In this document: in pieces, positions 1 to 8,859 of the stretch
Position numbering within the stretch: the first letter of the stretch is position 1
Layout of the letters: every line of letters starts with the position of its first letter
Assembly (NCBI GenBank): GCA_964429815.1
Contig: CAYSCM010000001.1
Span: 224,001 to 288,000, forward strand
Direction: 5' to 3'
DNA: 64,000 nucleotides
Origin: an uncultured Candidatus Saccharibacteria bacterium
GTDB taxonomy: Bacteria; Patescibacteriota; Minisyncoccia; Phycocordibacterales; CAYSCM01
Notes under the pieces: generated by a model
Seen by the model: the letters and a program-made list of their open reading frames with translations, nothing else
Databases searched by the model: none
Told to the model about the DNA's origin: nothing
Program-made: the position numbers and the translations under genes

Positions 1-197
1 ATGTCCTCGGGCGTGCAACCGCGCCGGGCAAGAGCCACAGGATCTATCTGCTTTGGTTCGTCAGGCTTGGTCTCGTCGACCGTGGTCGCCAGAACGTATT
101 TGAGACGCAACAGGTCCATAGGACCCGGCGACAAGCTCCCGTACAGAACGCCGCAGCAGGCCGCTACGGCGAGGATAGTGAACACCTTTCGCATCAT
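1..197 (-). CDS. hypothetical secreted protein, 5' part only (gene runs off window start)
   Basis: Minus-strand ATG-ATG at 197-192 preceded by GGAGG RBS; 65 codons open to position 1; N-terminus MMRKVFTILAVAACCGVLYGSLSP looks like a signal peptide. Not in the ORF track (no stop inside the window). Confidence 0.4.
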   Translation of the reverse strand, partial: MMRKVFTILAVAACCGVLYGSLSPGPMDLLRLKYVLATTVDETKPDEPKQIDPVALARRGCTPED

Positions 198-301
198 GGG
201 GTTCCTCCCCGTTTCCTTCATATACTGAACCGCCGCGAGCCTTTTTTGTCAAAAGCATTCGGTGCGTTTGCAATCGCCCGACATACCGGTAGCATGTAGC
301 T

Positions 302-1099
302 ATGAAAATTTTTTCCTGGAACGTGAACGGCCTGCGCGCAGTGCATCGAAAAAATCTTTTCATACCGTTCATCGAGAGATACGATCCCGACATTCTCTGT
401 CTCCAAGAGACCAAAGCGCAGCAGCATGAGTCGGTTATCGATTTGCCACAGTACGAAGAGTATTGGAATTCCGCCGAGAAAAAAGGATACAGCGGCACGG
501 CGATTTTCACGAAAGAAAAACCGAAAAAAGTTATGTTAGGGCTGCCGGAAGATTTGGAGAAGAAGTACCGTCTCCACAATGACGGCTACGGAGATCCAAA
601 CAAAGAGGGGCGCATCGTCGTTGCTGAGTACAAAACATTTTTTGTGGTGTCGGTGTACACGCCAAACGCCAAGGATGATCTCTCGCGTCTCTCGCTGCGG
701 CACAAACAGTGGGACCCGGCATTTCTTGCGTACATGAAACGTTTGGAGCGAGAAAAACCTGTCATTTTTTGCGGAGATCTCAACGTCGCTCATACCCCCG
801 ATGACTTGGCGCGTCCAAAAGAAAATGAAGGCAATAAAGGTTTCACGAAAGAAGAGCGCGAAGGGATACAGGCCCTCGTCGACGCGGGCTTCGTCGACAC
901 GTTCCGCCTCTTCACCAAAGGCAACGGGCACTACAGTTGGTGGAGCCACTTCGCGGACGCCCGCGCGCGCAATGTCGGTTGGCGCATCGATTACGTATTC
1001 GTTTCACCGGTGCTAGGCGGAAAGGTGAAGAAAACATATCTTGAGTCGAAGGTCATGGGGTCCGATCACTGCCCTGTCGGGATAGAAATCGCGGTTTAG
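302..1099 (+). CDS. xth: exodeoxyribonuclease III / AP endonuclease (ExoIII family)
   Basis: 265 aa; MKIFSWNVNGLRA...CLQETK...GSDHCPV motifs typical of Xth/EEP-fold nucleases. Confidence 0.9.
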   Translation: MKIFSWNVNGLRAVHRKNLFIPFIERYDPDILCLQETKAQQHESVIDLPQYEEYWNSAEKKGYSGTAIFTKEKPKKVMLGLPEDLEKKYRLHNDGYGDPNKEGRIVVAEYKTFFVVSVYTPNAKDDLSRLSLRHKQWDPAFLAYMKRLEREKPVIFCGDLNVAHTPDDLARPKENEGNKGFTKEEREGIQALVDAGFVDTFRLFTKGNGHYSWWSHFADARARNVGWRIDYVFVSPVLGGKVKKTYLESKVMGSDHCPVGIEIAV

Positions 1100-1444
1100 G
1101 CCTCAATTGCGGCTTATTCTTTCGGACAATCCACACGTTGTCCTTTACGAGTGGTGATGCTTTGCATACAATGGTTAGCGGAGAACATGCGGTGTCATTA
1201 AGTTCTTTCTAGAGTTCTTTAACGTTTTTCCAGTTCTTTCCGTGCGCTCCGAGAGACAGTGCGTGAACGGCACGTTCACTACGATACATATACCTCCAAG
1301 CTTTAACACTTTTGTACTCACAGGTATGATGTACGGGCTCTGACGTCCCGCTCAAACACTCTCTTACGAAGCAACAATAAAAGCCGTTCAGGCGCAAATC
1401 TCCACCCGAAGTCGCCATGGGCGGCTTTTTTCTTTGCCTATTTT

Positions 1445-2977
1445 CTAGGAAACGTGGTAGCGTCCGCGAATTTTTTTTATCTCCTCCCCTTCCGCCTCAG
1501 CCTTTTTCTCTTTACCGCTATCACCTAACTTTTTTAGTTCTGCTTCCGAAAGCTTCACTAATTCTTTCGAACGCGATTCAAGATACTCCGCTGAATTTTT
1601 TTTCGGGTCATCGAGTACTTCTTCCAAAAGTGCGTGCAGAACGAATCCTATTTTTGGCCCGGGCTTTTCATTCGTCACCTCCATTACCTTCACCCCATCG
1701 ATTTTGAGCATGCCCACGGAGATCGGATCGCGCAACGCCTCCTCGACCATCGATTGATATTTACGAAATCGAAAGGGTTGTTCTTTCGGTCGGCCCGTGC
1801 CGATGCGATCACACACGCGCAGATTCATAAGATCCCAAATATTTTCCGGTCCGACATTTCTAATGACGCGACGCACTGCGGAAAGTGTTATTTTTTCTGG
1901 ATCGGAAAAAAACATGTGCCAACGAACAAGCTCCACAACCTTACTGATGGTGTCGCTCGGAAAGCGCAGGTCGGTGAGGATTTTTTTAGTACGCTTCGCG
2001 CCAACTACGTCGTGGCCGTAAAAAGTCCAGTCTTTTTTTTCATCCGACCAGCGTCTCGTCTCCGGTTTAGCTATGTCGTGAAAAAGCCCCGCCAGGCGAA
2101 GATCGAGCGACCACCCTTTATCTGCCGCGTGCTGAAGGGTGCGTAAGTTATGCTCAAAAACGTCGAATTTGTGGGCTTGATTTTGATCTACCCCGATACC
2201 CTGCTCGAGCTCCCCCGCGATGAAGGGCAGGACCTTGAGTTTCTCTGCCAGCCAGAGACCTTGGGCGGGACTATCCGTTTGAAGAATGCGGACAAACTCG
2301 TCTCGAATACGCTCCTTCGATATCTTGGAGAGGCTTCTGGCACTTTGTTCTATGGCTGCCGCCGTCCTCTCTTCTAGAGAGAAGGTAAGGTCGGTCGCTA
2401 TGCGAATAGCGCGAAGCATGCGAAGCGCATCCTCGGCGAAGCGGTCTGCTGGCTCTCCCACTGCACGAACGAGTTTCTTTTTAAGATCCACTTCCCCCTC
2501 AAAATGGTCGACAACCTCTCCGGTATGGGGGTTTAGCGCGAGTGCATTTATGGTGAAATCGCGGCGCTTGAGATCTTCTTCGAGTGTGGCACCAAATTCA
2601 ACCGAATCAGGGCGGCGGGCATCCGAGTACTTCCCCTCCCGTCGGTATGGGGTTACCTCGATAACCTTCAGACGAAGGTCGACGGCCTCCTCGTTCACTA
2701 CCCCCACTGTGCCGAATTCATTGGTGTAGAAGGTATTAGAAAACAACTTCTGTATTTCCTCGGGACGGGCATTCGTCGCCACGTCCCAATCTTTTGGTTC
2801 GCGTCCGAGGAGGAGGTCGCGTACGCAGCCACCGACGATGTAGGCCTCAAAACCGGCCTTTTCTAGGGCTTCAGTGACAGCGAGCACCTCATGTGGGATG
2901 GAAACGTCGTGCGATTTTGGCACCCCTGCATTATACGTGTTTTCCCATAAGCTCACTTTGTCGTAGTATGGCCTCAC
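1445..2977 (-). CDS. cca: CCA-adding tRNA nucleotidyltransferase (PolyA polymerase/HD-domain family) with K/E-rich C-terminal tail
   Basis: 510 aa; head domain GGCVRDLLLG...DWD; HD motif LFHDIAKPETRR; the only in-frame start is GTG at 2977 (alternative GTG at 2956). Confidence 0.85.
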   Translation of the reverse strand: MRPYYDKVSLWENTYNAGVPKSHDVSIPHEVLAVTEALEKAGFEAYIVGGCVRDLLLGREPKDWDVATNARPEEIQKLFSNTFYTNEFGTVGVVNEEAVDLRLKVIEVTPYRREGKYSDARRPDSVEFGATLEEDLKRRDFTINALALNPHTGEVVDHFEGEVDLKKKLVRAVGEPADRFAEDALRMLRAIRIATDLTFSLEERTAAAIEQSARSLSKISKERIRDEFVRILQTDSPAQGLWLAEKLKVLPFIAGELEQGIGVDQNQAHKFDVFEHNLRTLQHAADKGWSLDLRLAGLFHDIAKPETRRWSDEKKDWTFYGHDVVGAKRTKKILTDLRFPSDTISKVVELVRWHMFFSDPEKITLSAVRRVIRNVGPENIWDLMNLRVCDRIGTGRPKEQPFRFRKYQSMVEEALRDPISVGMLKIDGVKVMEVTNEKPGPKIGFVLHALLEEVLDDPKKNSAEYLESRSKELVKLSEAELKKLGDSGKEKKAEAEGEEIKKIRGRYHVS

Positions 2978-2978
2978 T

Positions 2979-3050
2979 GCCCCCGTGGTGAAATGGATAT
3001 CACAACTGGCTTCGGACCAGTTATTGTGGGTTCGAGTCCTGCCGGGGGCG
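2979..3050 (+). tRNA. tRNA-Arg (anticodon TCG)
   Basis: Hand-folded cloverleaf: acceptor GCCCCCG/CGGGGGC, D-stem GTGA/TCAC, anticodon stem ACTGG/CCAGT with loop CTTCGGA, T-arm GTGGG-TTCGAGT-CCTGC, discriminator G; begins 2 nt after the divergent cca start codon. Confidence 0.7.
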
Positions 3051-3205
3051 CAAACGGCACAAAACGCGGTGCATTTTGCGCGTTTGCGCCAGGCGGAGCG
3101 ATGTTTTGCGAGTACACAAAACCGTGAGCCGAGGCCGCGAAAATTCTGAGCGACGACGAAAAACTATTTTTGTGACCGCCTCGGCGTCGGGTGACAGATT
3201 CTAGA

Positions 3206-3233
3206 TTGAGAAAGCACTGACGCGTGCTATAGT
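3206..3233 (+). promoter_or_regulatory. sigma70-like promoter upstream of tRNA-Gly (TTGAGA-16-TATAGT)
   Basis: Sequence match to -35/-10 consensus about 20 nt upstream of tRNA 5' end. Confidence 0.5.
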
Positions 3234-3253
3234 TTCCCCGAAGTATAAAGCAG

Positions 3254-3324
3254 GCGGCCATAGTTTAGTGGTAGGACGGATCCTTGCCAAGGATCAGGTG
3301 GGAGTTCGATTCTCCCTGGCCGCA
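3254..3324 (+). tRNA. tRNA-Gly (anticodon GCC)
   Basis: Acceptor GCGGCCA/TGGCCGC, anticodon stem GATCC/GGATC with loop TTGCCAA, T-arm GGGAG-TTCGATT-CTCCC, discriminator A. Confidence 0.85.
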
Positions 3325-3461
3325 CAAAAGGACACTTCCCTACGGGGTCAGGGAGAATCGAACGGGAAGGGGTCGGGAAACGGCAGTTTCCCGCGGAGGC
3401 GGAGGAAGGCAGGCAAAGCCTCTGGAAAACCTGGGTTTCCAGAGAGTGAGATAGCGGGGCG

Positions 3462-3478
3462 TCTCCCTGGCCGCACAA
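3462..3478 (+). repeat. 17-bp direct repeat of the tRNA-Gly(GCC) 3' end (TCTCCCTGGCCGCACAA); an inverted 15-bp copy of the T-arm (CAGGGAGAATCGAAC) lies at 3340-3354
   Basis: Exact second copy 151 bp downstream of the tRNA 3' end (3311-3327); inverted partial T-arm copy in between. Confidence 0.7.
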
Positions 3479-3633
3479 TACGTAATAAACTTTTCTTACA
3501 TGGCCTGTCTCATAGAAAACTCATAATTTGAGCGTTTCTGTGGATAAATCTGTGAGTATGTGTATTAAGGACAGTCCTATAACCAAAGAATGGCTTTAAA
3601 TCCGTAAAAGTTTCACGTGAAAATTAGTTACAC

Positions 3634-4047
3634 GTGAAAATGTTACATGTGAAATGGCAATCCACAATGAACGAACTGGGAAGACTCGGAGAGGACATTG
3701 TTTGCCGCTATCTTTCTGATAGGGGGTATCGGATTGTTTCAAGGAACTATCGTAAAAAGTGGGGTGAAATTGATGTAATTACGACTAAGGGCGGAATCCT
3801 CCATTTCATTGAAGTTAAAGCTGTTTCGCGTGAAAATCTTGACTCAATTTCACAAGAAACAAATTCCTATCGTCCAGAGGACAATGCTCATCCGGAAAAG
3901 CTCAGACGCCTTGCAAGAACCGTTGAAACATATTTACTGGAAAAAGGTGTAGAAGGTGGGCAGTGGAGATTTGATGTTGCGGCTGTCTATATCGATCAGA
4001 GGAAAAAGAAGGCAAAAGTTTCTCTTCTCGAGAACGTTATTTTATAG
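3634..4047 (+). CDS. yraN: YraN/UPF0102-family endonuclease-like protein (alternative start at 3667)
   Basis: 137 aa; GE(D)IVCRYLSDRGYRIVSRNYR...GEIDVI...FIEVK pattern typical of UPF0102; no clear SD. Confidence 0.65.
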   Translation: MKMLHVKWQSTMNELGRLGEDIVCRYLSDRGYRIVSRNYRKKWGEIDVITTKGGILHFIEVKAVSRENLDSISQETNSYRPEDNAHPEKLRRLARTVETYLLEKGVEGGQWRFDVAAVYIDQRKKKAKVSLLENVIL

Positions 4048-4106
4048 GACATTATTAAGGACATGTCTTTTGGCGCTCAACCGTGCTATGATTTTGCCAA
4101 CCATGG

Positions 4107-4147
4107 GGCGTGGTGTAACGGCTAACATACCCGCGTGGGGAGCGGTT
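4107..4147 (+). pseudogene. partial tandem duplicate of the tRNA-Pro 5' half (acceptor, D-arm and anticodon stem; defective loop GTGGGGA)
   Basis: GGGGCGTGGTGTAACGGCTAACATACCCGC is repeated exactly 60 bp upstream of the intact tRNA-Pro. Confidence 0.55.
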
Positions 4148-4165
4148 TTCCTTCGAGTTCTTCGT

Positions 4166-4238
4166 CGGGGCGTGGTGTAACGGCTAACATACCCGCTTTG
4201 GGAGCGGGCGACTCCCGGTTCGAATCCGGGCGCCCCGA
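4166..4238 (+). tRNA. tRNA-Pro (anticodon TGG)
   Basis: Acceptor CGGGGCG/CGCCCCG, anticodon stem CCCGC/GCGGG with loop TTTGGGA, T-arm CCCGG-TTCGAAT-CCGGG; flanked by a 13-bp complementary extension (CTTCGTCGGGGCG / CGCCCCGACGAAG). Confidence 0.85.
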
Positions 4239-4275
4239 CGAAGCATTTGAATAGACGCGCTTAAGCATGTCTTTT

Positions 4276-5415
4276 CTATTGGGGGAGCTGGTCGGTGAGG
4301 AGCTTGGTAAGAGTCGGCGCTACGGTCGCCTGAAAAGTCGCCGCTTGCACCGCGATATCGGCGGAGAGCATGCCACGAAGAGAGGTGCCGCTTCCCGCGA
4401 TAAGAGAGCGATTTATGTGTGCAAGAGTGATGGCATGGAGGTCGCGAATGTCGGTCGTCGGGCCGTCCGAGCTTGTCGAAACGATACCCACGAGGTCGCC
4501 CTTTGAGGAAAAAACACCACCGCCTGAAGAGCCTTTTTGCGCCACAACAGAGCCGCCGATCGAAATGACATCGATGGTCGAGGTGTCGAAGGTGAACACC
4601 TCTTTGATGGTGGTATAGGCCGAACTTACATACAGGTCTCGCAAGATGGTCTCCGCTCCGAGAAAGCCCGCAGGGTAGGCGGCAACGAGCATCGTGGCAC
4701 CTACCGTGAAGGCGTTTTCCGAGGTATCTAGCGAAGTCGCGGGGAATTGCGCTGGGAGCTGGTCGCTTGGGTTGGTGGGGGCGGTCACATAGAGGAGCGC
4801 AAAGTCATTTTCTCCCGTGCCGACCGGCTCGGTACTCTTTATCTGTGGGGCATTGTCACGCACCCACTGCGGCGAAATGTAGAGGAGACCTAGCTTGTAA
4901 CGCGGATATGCTGGGCTTCCGGTGCGAGCAACGCACTCCACAAAGTTGGGCATCGGGTAGTCTTTGAGGAGAAGGTACTGGCCCACGTGGGCATTGGCAA
5001 GAATAACTCCGCGCGAGTCGATAAAGACGCCGCTGGCGGTTATAGGACTAATGACCCCGCCGTACCTCGTGGTGCAGAGAATATTGACGATAGAGGGACG
5101 AGCTACCGCGTTGACGTCAATGCTTGCGTTTGTTGGCGCGGGTGGGGGTGGTGGCGTGAGAACAGTAACTTTTTGGGTTGGGACAGGAGATGCAGACTGA
5201 GCTTTTTTTGCCTCGGGTTTTTGAGTGAGCGTGGCAGCTTGCGTGGTTGTTGCTTGTGTTTGCGCGGCGGTAGTCGCTATTGCCCGGCCTTTCTCAGGCG
5301 GGGGCGCTAGTCGGGGAGTTCCCGGCAGGAGAGTAGAAAGCAGAGCGAGTGTACCTAGAAAAATGCTGAGGAGTAGCTTTCCCGTTAGTGAGTAGATGGC
5401 GGTAAGAAGCGACAT
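4276..5415 (-). CDS. membrane-anchored trypsin-like (S1 family) serine protease with Pro/Thr-rich linker
   Basis: 379 aa; N-terminal TM helix; PPPPP and T/Q-rich linker; ANAHV (His) and GSSGGGV (Ser) catalytic-type motifs. Confidence 0.75.
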   Translation of the reverse strand: MSLLTAIYSLTGKLLLSIFLGTLALLSTLLPGTPRLAPPPEKGRAIATTAAQTQATTTQAATLTQKPEAKKAQSASPVPTQKVTVLTPPPPPAPTNASIDVNAVARPSIVNILCTTRYGGVISPITASGVFIDSRGVILANAHVGQYLLLKDYPMPNFVECVARTGSPAYPRYKLGLLYISPQWVRDNAPQIKSTEPVGTGENDFALLYVTAPTNPSDQLPAQFPATSLDTSENAFTVGATMLVAAYPAGFLGAETILRDLYVSSAYTTIKEVFTFDTSTIDVISIGGSVVAQKGSSGGGVFSSKGDLVGIVSTSSDGPTTDIRDLHAITLAHINRSLIAGSGTSLRGMLSADIAVQAATFQATVAPTLTKLLTDQLPQ

Positions 5416-5492
5416 GCGCGGTCAGTATACCAAAGAGAGTGAAGTGTTTTTCTTTTACTTTTTGTTTGCTACAGTTGCCTTCGAGACGAAAT

Positions 5493-5563
5493 GCGGGCAT
5501 AGTTTAGTGGCAAAATGGGATCCTTCCAAGATTCGGTCGCCGGTTCGATTCCGGCTGCCCGCA
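5493..5563 (+). tRNA. tRNA-Gly (anticodon TCC)
   Basis: Acceptor GCGGGCA/TGCCCGC, anticodon loop CTTCCAA, T-arm GCCGG-TTCGATT-CCGGC. Confidence 0.85.
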
Positions 5564-5604
5564 CAAAATGAAATAAGCGCCGCACAAAGGCGGCGCAGCA
5601 CAAT

Positions 5605-5928
5605 TCACATGACTTCCTTGAAGTAACCGAGACCTTTCGGGGGTCGGATGGTACCGGATGAGATGATCGACTCGATCACATCGTCGGTGTCGGTCGGATC
5701 GACGACAACGACAACGACGGCGCAATTGAACATGATGCTTTCCGATTCTTCCCGACTGTCGAGATATTTTTGCATCTCGGCATCGCCAGGGAGCGAGTGC
5801 CATTGCGCAGGCGATTCACGATCATATGCGATCGCGAAGAGGCGTCGACGCCCCTTTTGACGAGCTTCGGAAATTTTTTGCACCATCCCATTCCGGTTGA
5901 GATTCCATTTTCTGACCGATCGAGGCAT
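5605..5928 (-). CDS. hypothetical protein (107 aa)
   Basis: Strong RBS AAGGAGG 6 nt upstream of the ATG; basic N-terminus, acidic C-terminus; no recognisable family. Confidence 0.5.
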   Translation of the reverse strand: MPRSVRKWNLNRNGMVQKISEARQKGRRRLFAIAYDRESPAQWHSLPGDAEMQKYLDSREESESIMFNCAVVVVVVDPTDTDDVIESIISSGTIRPPKGLGYFKEVM

Positions 5929-5995
5929 GGCCGCCTCCTTTTTGCTGCTCGCCGCAGCATACTCGACAGACTGGTCGTGTCAACTTGGTCAGAAA

Positions 5996-6024
5996 CATAA
6001 AAACCCCACGCTGTGGGGTTTTTA
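5996..6024 (-). terminator. rho-independent terminator downstream of hup (bidirectional hairpin CCCCACGCTGTGGGG flanked by A/T runs)
   Basis: GC hairpin plus T-run on the minus strand. Confidence 0.6.
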
Positions 6025-6057
6025 TGTGTAGTGGTGAAATTCACCGGCCGGTGAATC

Positions 6058-6330
6058 TTACTTCACGGCGTCTTTGAGGGCCTTGGCGGCGCGGAACTTG
6101 GGTACGCGCATCGCCGGAATCTGGATGGTCGCGCCCGTGCGCGGGTTGCGTCCCGTACGGGAAGGTCTCATTTTGGTCGCGAAGATGCCGAGACCCGCGA
6201 TCGAAACTTCTTTGCCGCCTTTGAGGCCAGCAACGATGCTGTCGATCATGGTGTCGACGGCGCGCTCTGCCTGGGCTTTTGTGCCCCCGAGCACTTCGTG
6301 CACCTTGTCTACAATTTCAGCTTTGTTCAT
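6058..6330 (-). CDS. hup: HU/IHF-family DNA-binding protein
   Basis: 90 aa; MNKAEIVDKV...GLGIF...RPSRTGRNPRTG signature. Confidence 0.9.
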   Translation of the reverse strand: MNKAEIVDKVHEVLGGTKAQAERAVDTMIDSIVAGLKGGKEVSIAGLGIFATKMRPSRTGRNPRTGATIQIPAMRVPKFRAAKALKDAVK

Positions 6331-6561
6331 TCAAGAATATTATGAGCCGATAATGTCGACCTGTGTGAAAAACGTGCGGTGTACGAATTTGAGCCGCGAA
6401 ACGACGGCTTAAAATCGTCAGTGTCTGAAAATAAGTATATAGTGCGCCGTTTTTTGGGCAACAGCTCCTGTGGAGAGAGAAAAATTGACGAAAAGGGCCA
6501 CTATTTCATAATTTCAGCTCCTCCAAACGGAAAAAAACCAAGCAATTCCTTCGTTTTTGCT

Positions 6562-8097
6562 CTATCGGGCGAATTCAATTGCTCGGGACTCCCGAATCAC
6601 GTTTACCTTGATCTCACCGGGGTACTTGAGCTCTTGTTCAATGCGGTTGGCTATTTCACGGGCCAACTTTTTAGCATCGAGGTCGCTCATTTCTTCAGGA
6701 CGAACAAAGACGCGCATCTCGCGGCCAGCTGCGATGGCGTAGCTCTTCTCGATACCGGGGAAGGAGTTGGCGATAGCTTCAAGATCGGTAAGGCGTTTAA
6801 TGTAGTTTTCGACGGAGTCGGAGCGCGCTCCGGGGCGACCGCCAGAAATAGCATCTGCGACCTGTACGATGATCGATTCGAGATTTTCATACGGGTACTC
6901 CTCGTGATGAGCCTGCATGGCCTTGATGATCTCGGGGTCGACGCCGAACTTCTGAAGGATTCGGCGACCGATTTCCACGTGCGTTCCCTGCACTTCATGA
7001 TCGACGGCCTTGCCGAGGTCGTGGAGAAGCGCTCCCGCCTTGGCGACCTGGACGTTGGCCCCCACTTCCTGCGCAATAATGCCCGCAATGTGGGCCATTT
7101 CTACCGAATGCTGCAGGACGTTTTGTCCGTAGCTGGTGCGGAAGTAGAGACGGCCAAGGATCTGAAGAATGCGCGGATCGAGATTGAGAACCCCGCACTC
7201 ATACGCAGCTTGCTCCGCTTTGTCTTTCATTATTTTTCCGATTTCCTCCCGCGCTTTATTGACCATTTCCTCGATCTTCGCGGGCTGAATGCGGCCATCA
7301 ACGATGAGGTTTTCAAGTGCGACACGCGCGATCTGGCGGCGCACGGGGTCGAATGAGGAGAGAGTAATGGTTCCCGGCGTATCGTCGACGATGACATCGA
7401 CGCCGGTTGCTCGCTCGAACGCTTTGATATTGCGACCTTCCTTGCCGATGATCTTCCCCTTCACCTCATCGGAGGGGATAGTGATGGTGGTTGCCATCAT
7501 GTCCGAAGCGACGGAGTTGCCAAAGCGGTGAATGGCGGTCGTAAGGATCTGTTTGGCCTTTTCCTCCAGCTTTTCTTTCCCGCTCATCTCGAGCTTTTGC
7601 ATGCGCACGAGGATGTCGCCCCCGTACTCTTTTTCGACTTCCTTCAGAAGCTCATCTTTTGCGGCATCGCGCGAGAGAGACGCCACGCGTTCGAGTTCGG
7701 CTACCTTGGCTTTCGCCATGTCCTCGACCTTTTCGCGCACCTGTTTCACTTCCGCTATCTTTCCCTTGAGGGCCTCCGCCTCTTTTTCAAGCTCTCCCTG
7801 GCGTTTTTCTATGGTTTCTTCTTTCTTAAAGAGGCGATCTTCGGTCTTTTTGACCTGCTCTTCCTTCTCTTTGACCTCGGCGCGGATCTTCTCGGCTTCT
7901 TCTTCTGCTTTCACCTTTCCCTCGTCGATGACTTTCTTAGCCTGCTCTTTGGCATCGAGCATCATCTTCTTTATCTCGAGCTCCATGGAGCCCTTCCGGC
8001 CGAGCGCGACGAGAAAGCGCAGAAGGTACCCGGCTCCGATGCCAACGAGACCGGCAAGGCCGGCGAGTATGAGTGCTGTGGTTACTGACATATGCAA
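6562..8097 (-). CDS. rny: ribonuclease Y
   Basis: 511 aa; N-terminal TM, coiled-coil, KH domain (IIGKEGRNIK), HD domain (HDLGKA). Confidence 0.9.
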   Translation of the reverse strand: MHMSVTTALILAGLAGLVGIGAGYLLRFLVALGRKGSMELEIKKMMLDAKEQAKKVIDEGKVKAEEEAEKIRAEVKEKEEQVKKTEDRLFKKEETIEKRQGELEKEAEALKGKIAEVKQVREKVEDMAKAKVAELERVASLSRDAAKDELLKEVEKEYGGDILVRMQKLEMSGKEKLEEKAKQILTTAIHRFGNSVASDMMATTITIPSDEVKGKIIGKEGRNIKAFERATGVDVIVDDTPGTITLSSFDPVRRQIARVALENLIVDGRIQPAKIEEMVNKAREEIGKIMKDKAEQAAYECGVLNLDPRILQILGRLYFRTSYGQNVLQHSVEMAHIAGIIAQEVGANVQVAKAGALLHDLGKAVDHEVQGTHVEIGRRILQKFGVDPEIIKAMQAHHEEYPYENLESIIVQVADAISGGRPGARSDSVENYIKRLTDLEAIANSFPGIEKSYAIAAGREMRVFVRPEEMSDLDAKKLAREIANRIEQELKYPGEIKVNVIRESRAIEFAR

Positions 8098-8365
8098 GCA
8101 CGTGGCTTGCAGGGTCGACGTATCCTACGAAAAATTAGAGCGTCGTGCTGACGGTGCGGGAAAGTGTCGTGTGTGCTAGTCGGAGAGACATATCTCTAAC
8201 GGCTCGGGAGATTCGGTACTGCAAGAAACGTGGAATAAAGTTTCGGATAATTTTGATACAAGGTAACGACCTCAAAATACCACTCGCTCGAGGGCCTGTA
8301 AAGCAAACTTGAAATTCTTAAAGATCGTGGTAGGGTTTTGTCGAAACGCACCTTAAGGAGGAGCT

Positions 8366-8815
8366 ATGGACGGGCAGGAGATCATTCGGCGCCTCTCGCC
8401 ACTTTCGTTGCCAGCCGGACAGTATTGCTGTTTCGGCTCGTGCACCCTCGCGCTTCTCGGTATCCGGGAAGCCAAAGACATTGACGTCCTCGCCACGCCG
8501 GAAATTTGCGATGAGCTCCGAGGGCTCGGCTGGAGGGAGGAGCTTGTTCCCGCTGGCAGACCACAGAAGCAAACGCCCGTGTTGCGGCGTTTACAGTACC
8601 CCAACGTCGATATCTTCCGGACCTGGGACTACACAGGCTTTAATCGGACACCGACCGAGATAATCGCCGATGCAGACGAGTCAGACGGTATCTATTTTGC
8701 CAAGCTCGGCGACGTCATCGACTGGAAACACGCCTTTGGGCGTGAAAAGGACAAGGTCGATCTCAAACTGATCGAGCGGCATTTGAAGAACCTTCAGAAG
8801 TTTGTTAACCGATGA
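8366..8815 (+). CDS. nucleotidyltransferase-fold protein (hypothetical)
   Basis: 149 aa; GS-x11-DIDVL motif typical of the minimal NTase fold; RBS AAGGAGG. Confidence 0.5.
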   Translation: MDGQEIIRRLSPLSLPAGQYCCFGSCTLALLGIREAKDIDVLATPEICDELRGLGWREELVPAGRPQKQTPVLRRLQYPNVDIFRTWDYTGFNRTPTEIIADADESDGIYFAKLGDVIDWKHAFGREKDKVDLKLIERHLKNLQKFVNR

Positions 8816-8859
8816 ACGAAACACTCGCGAGCTTCGGCTCGCGGGTGTATTTTTTTCGT

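Noticed and set aside
61-579. 172-aa minus-strand ORF
   Set aside because: It is antisense to xth, and the real minus-strand gene at the window start is in another frame (1-197).
3328-3461. Possible minus-strand tRNA using the inverted T-arm copy
   Set aside because: Only TTCGATTCTCCCTG is present; no matching T-stem partner, acceptor or anticodon arm could be folded.
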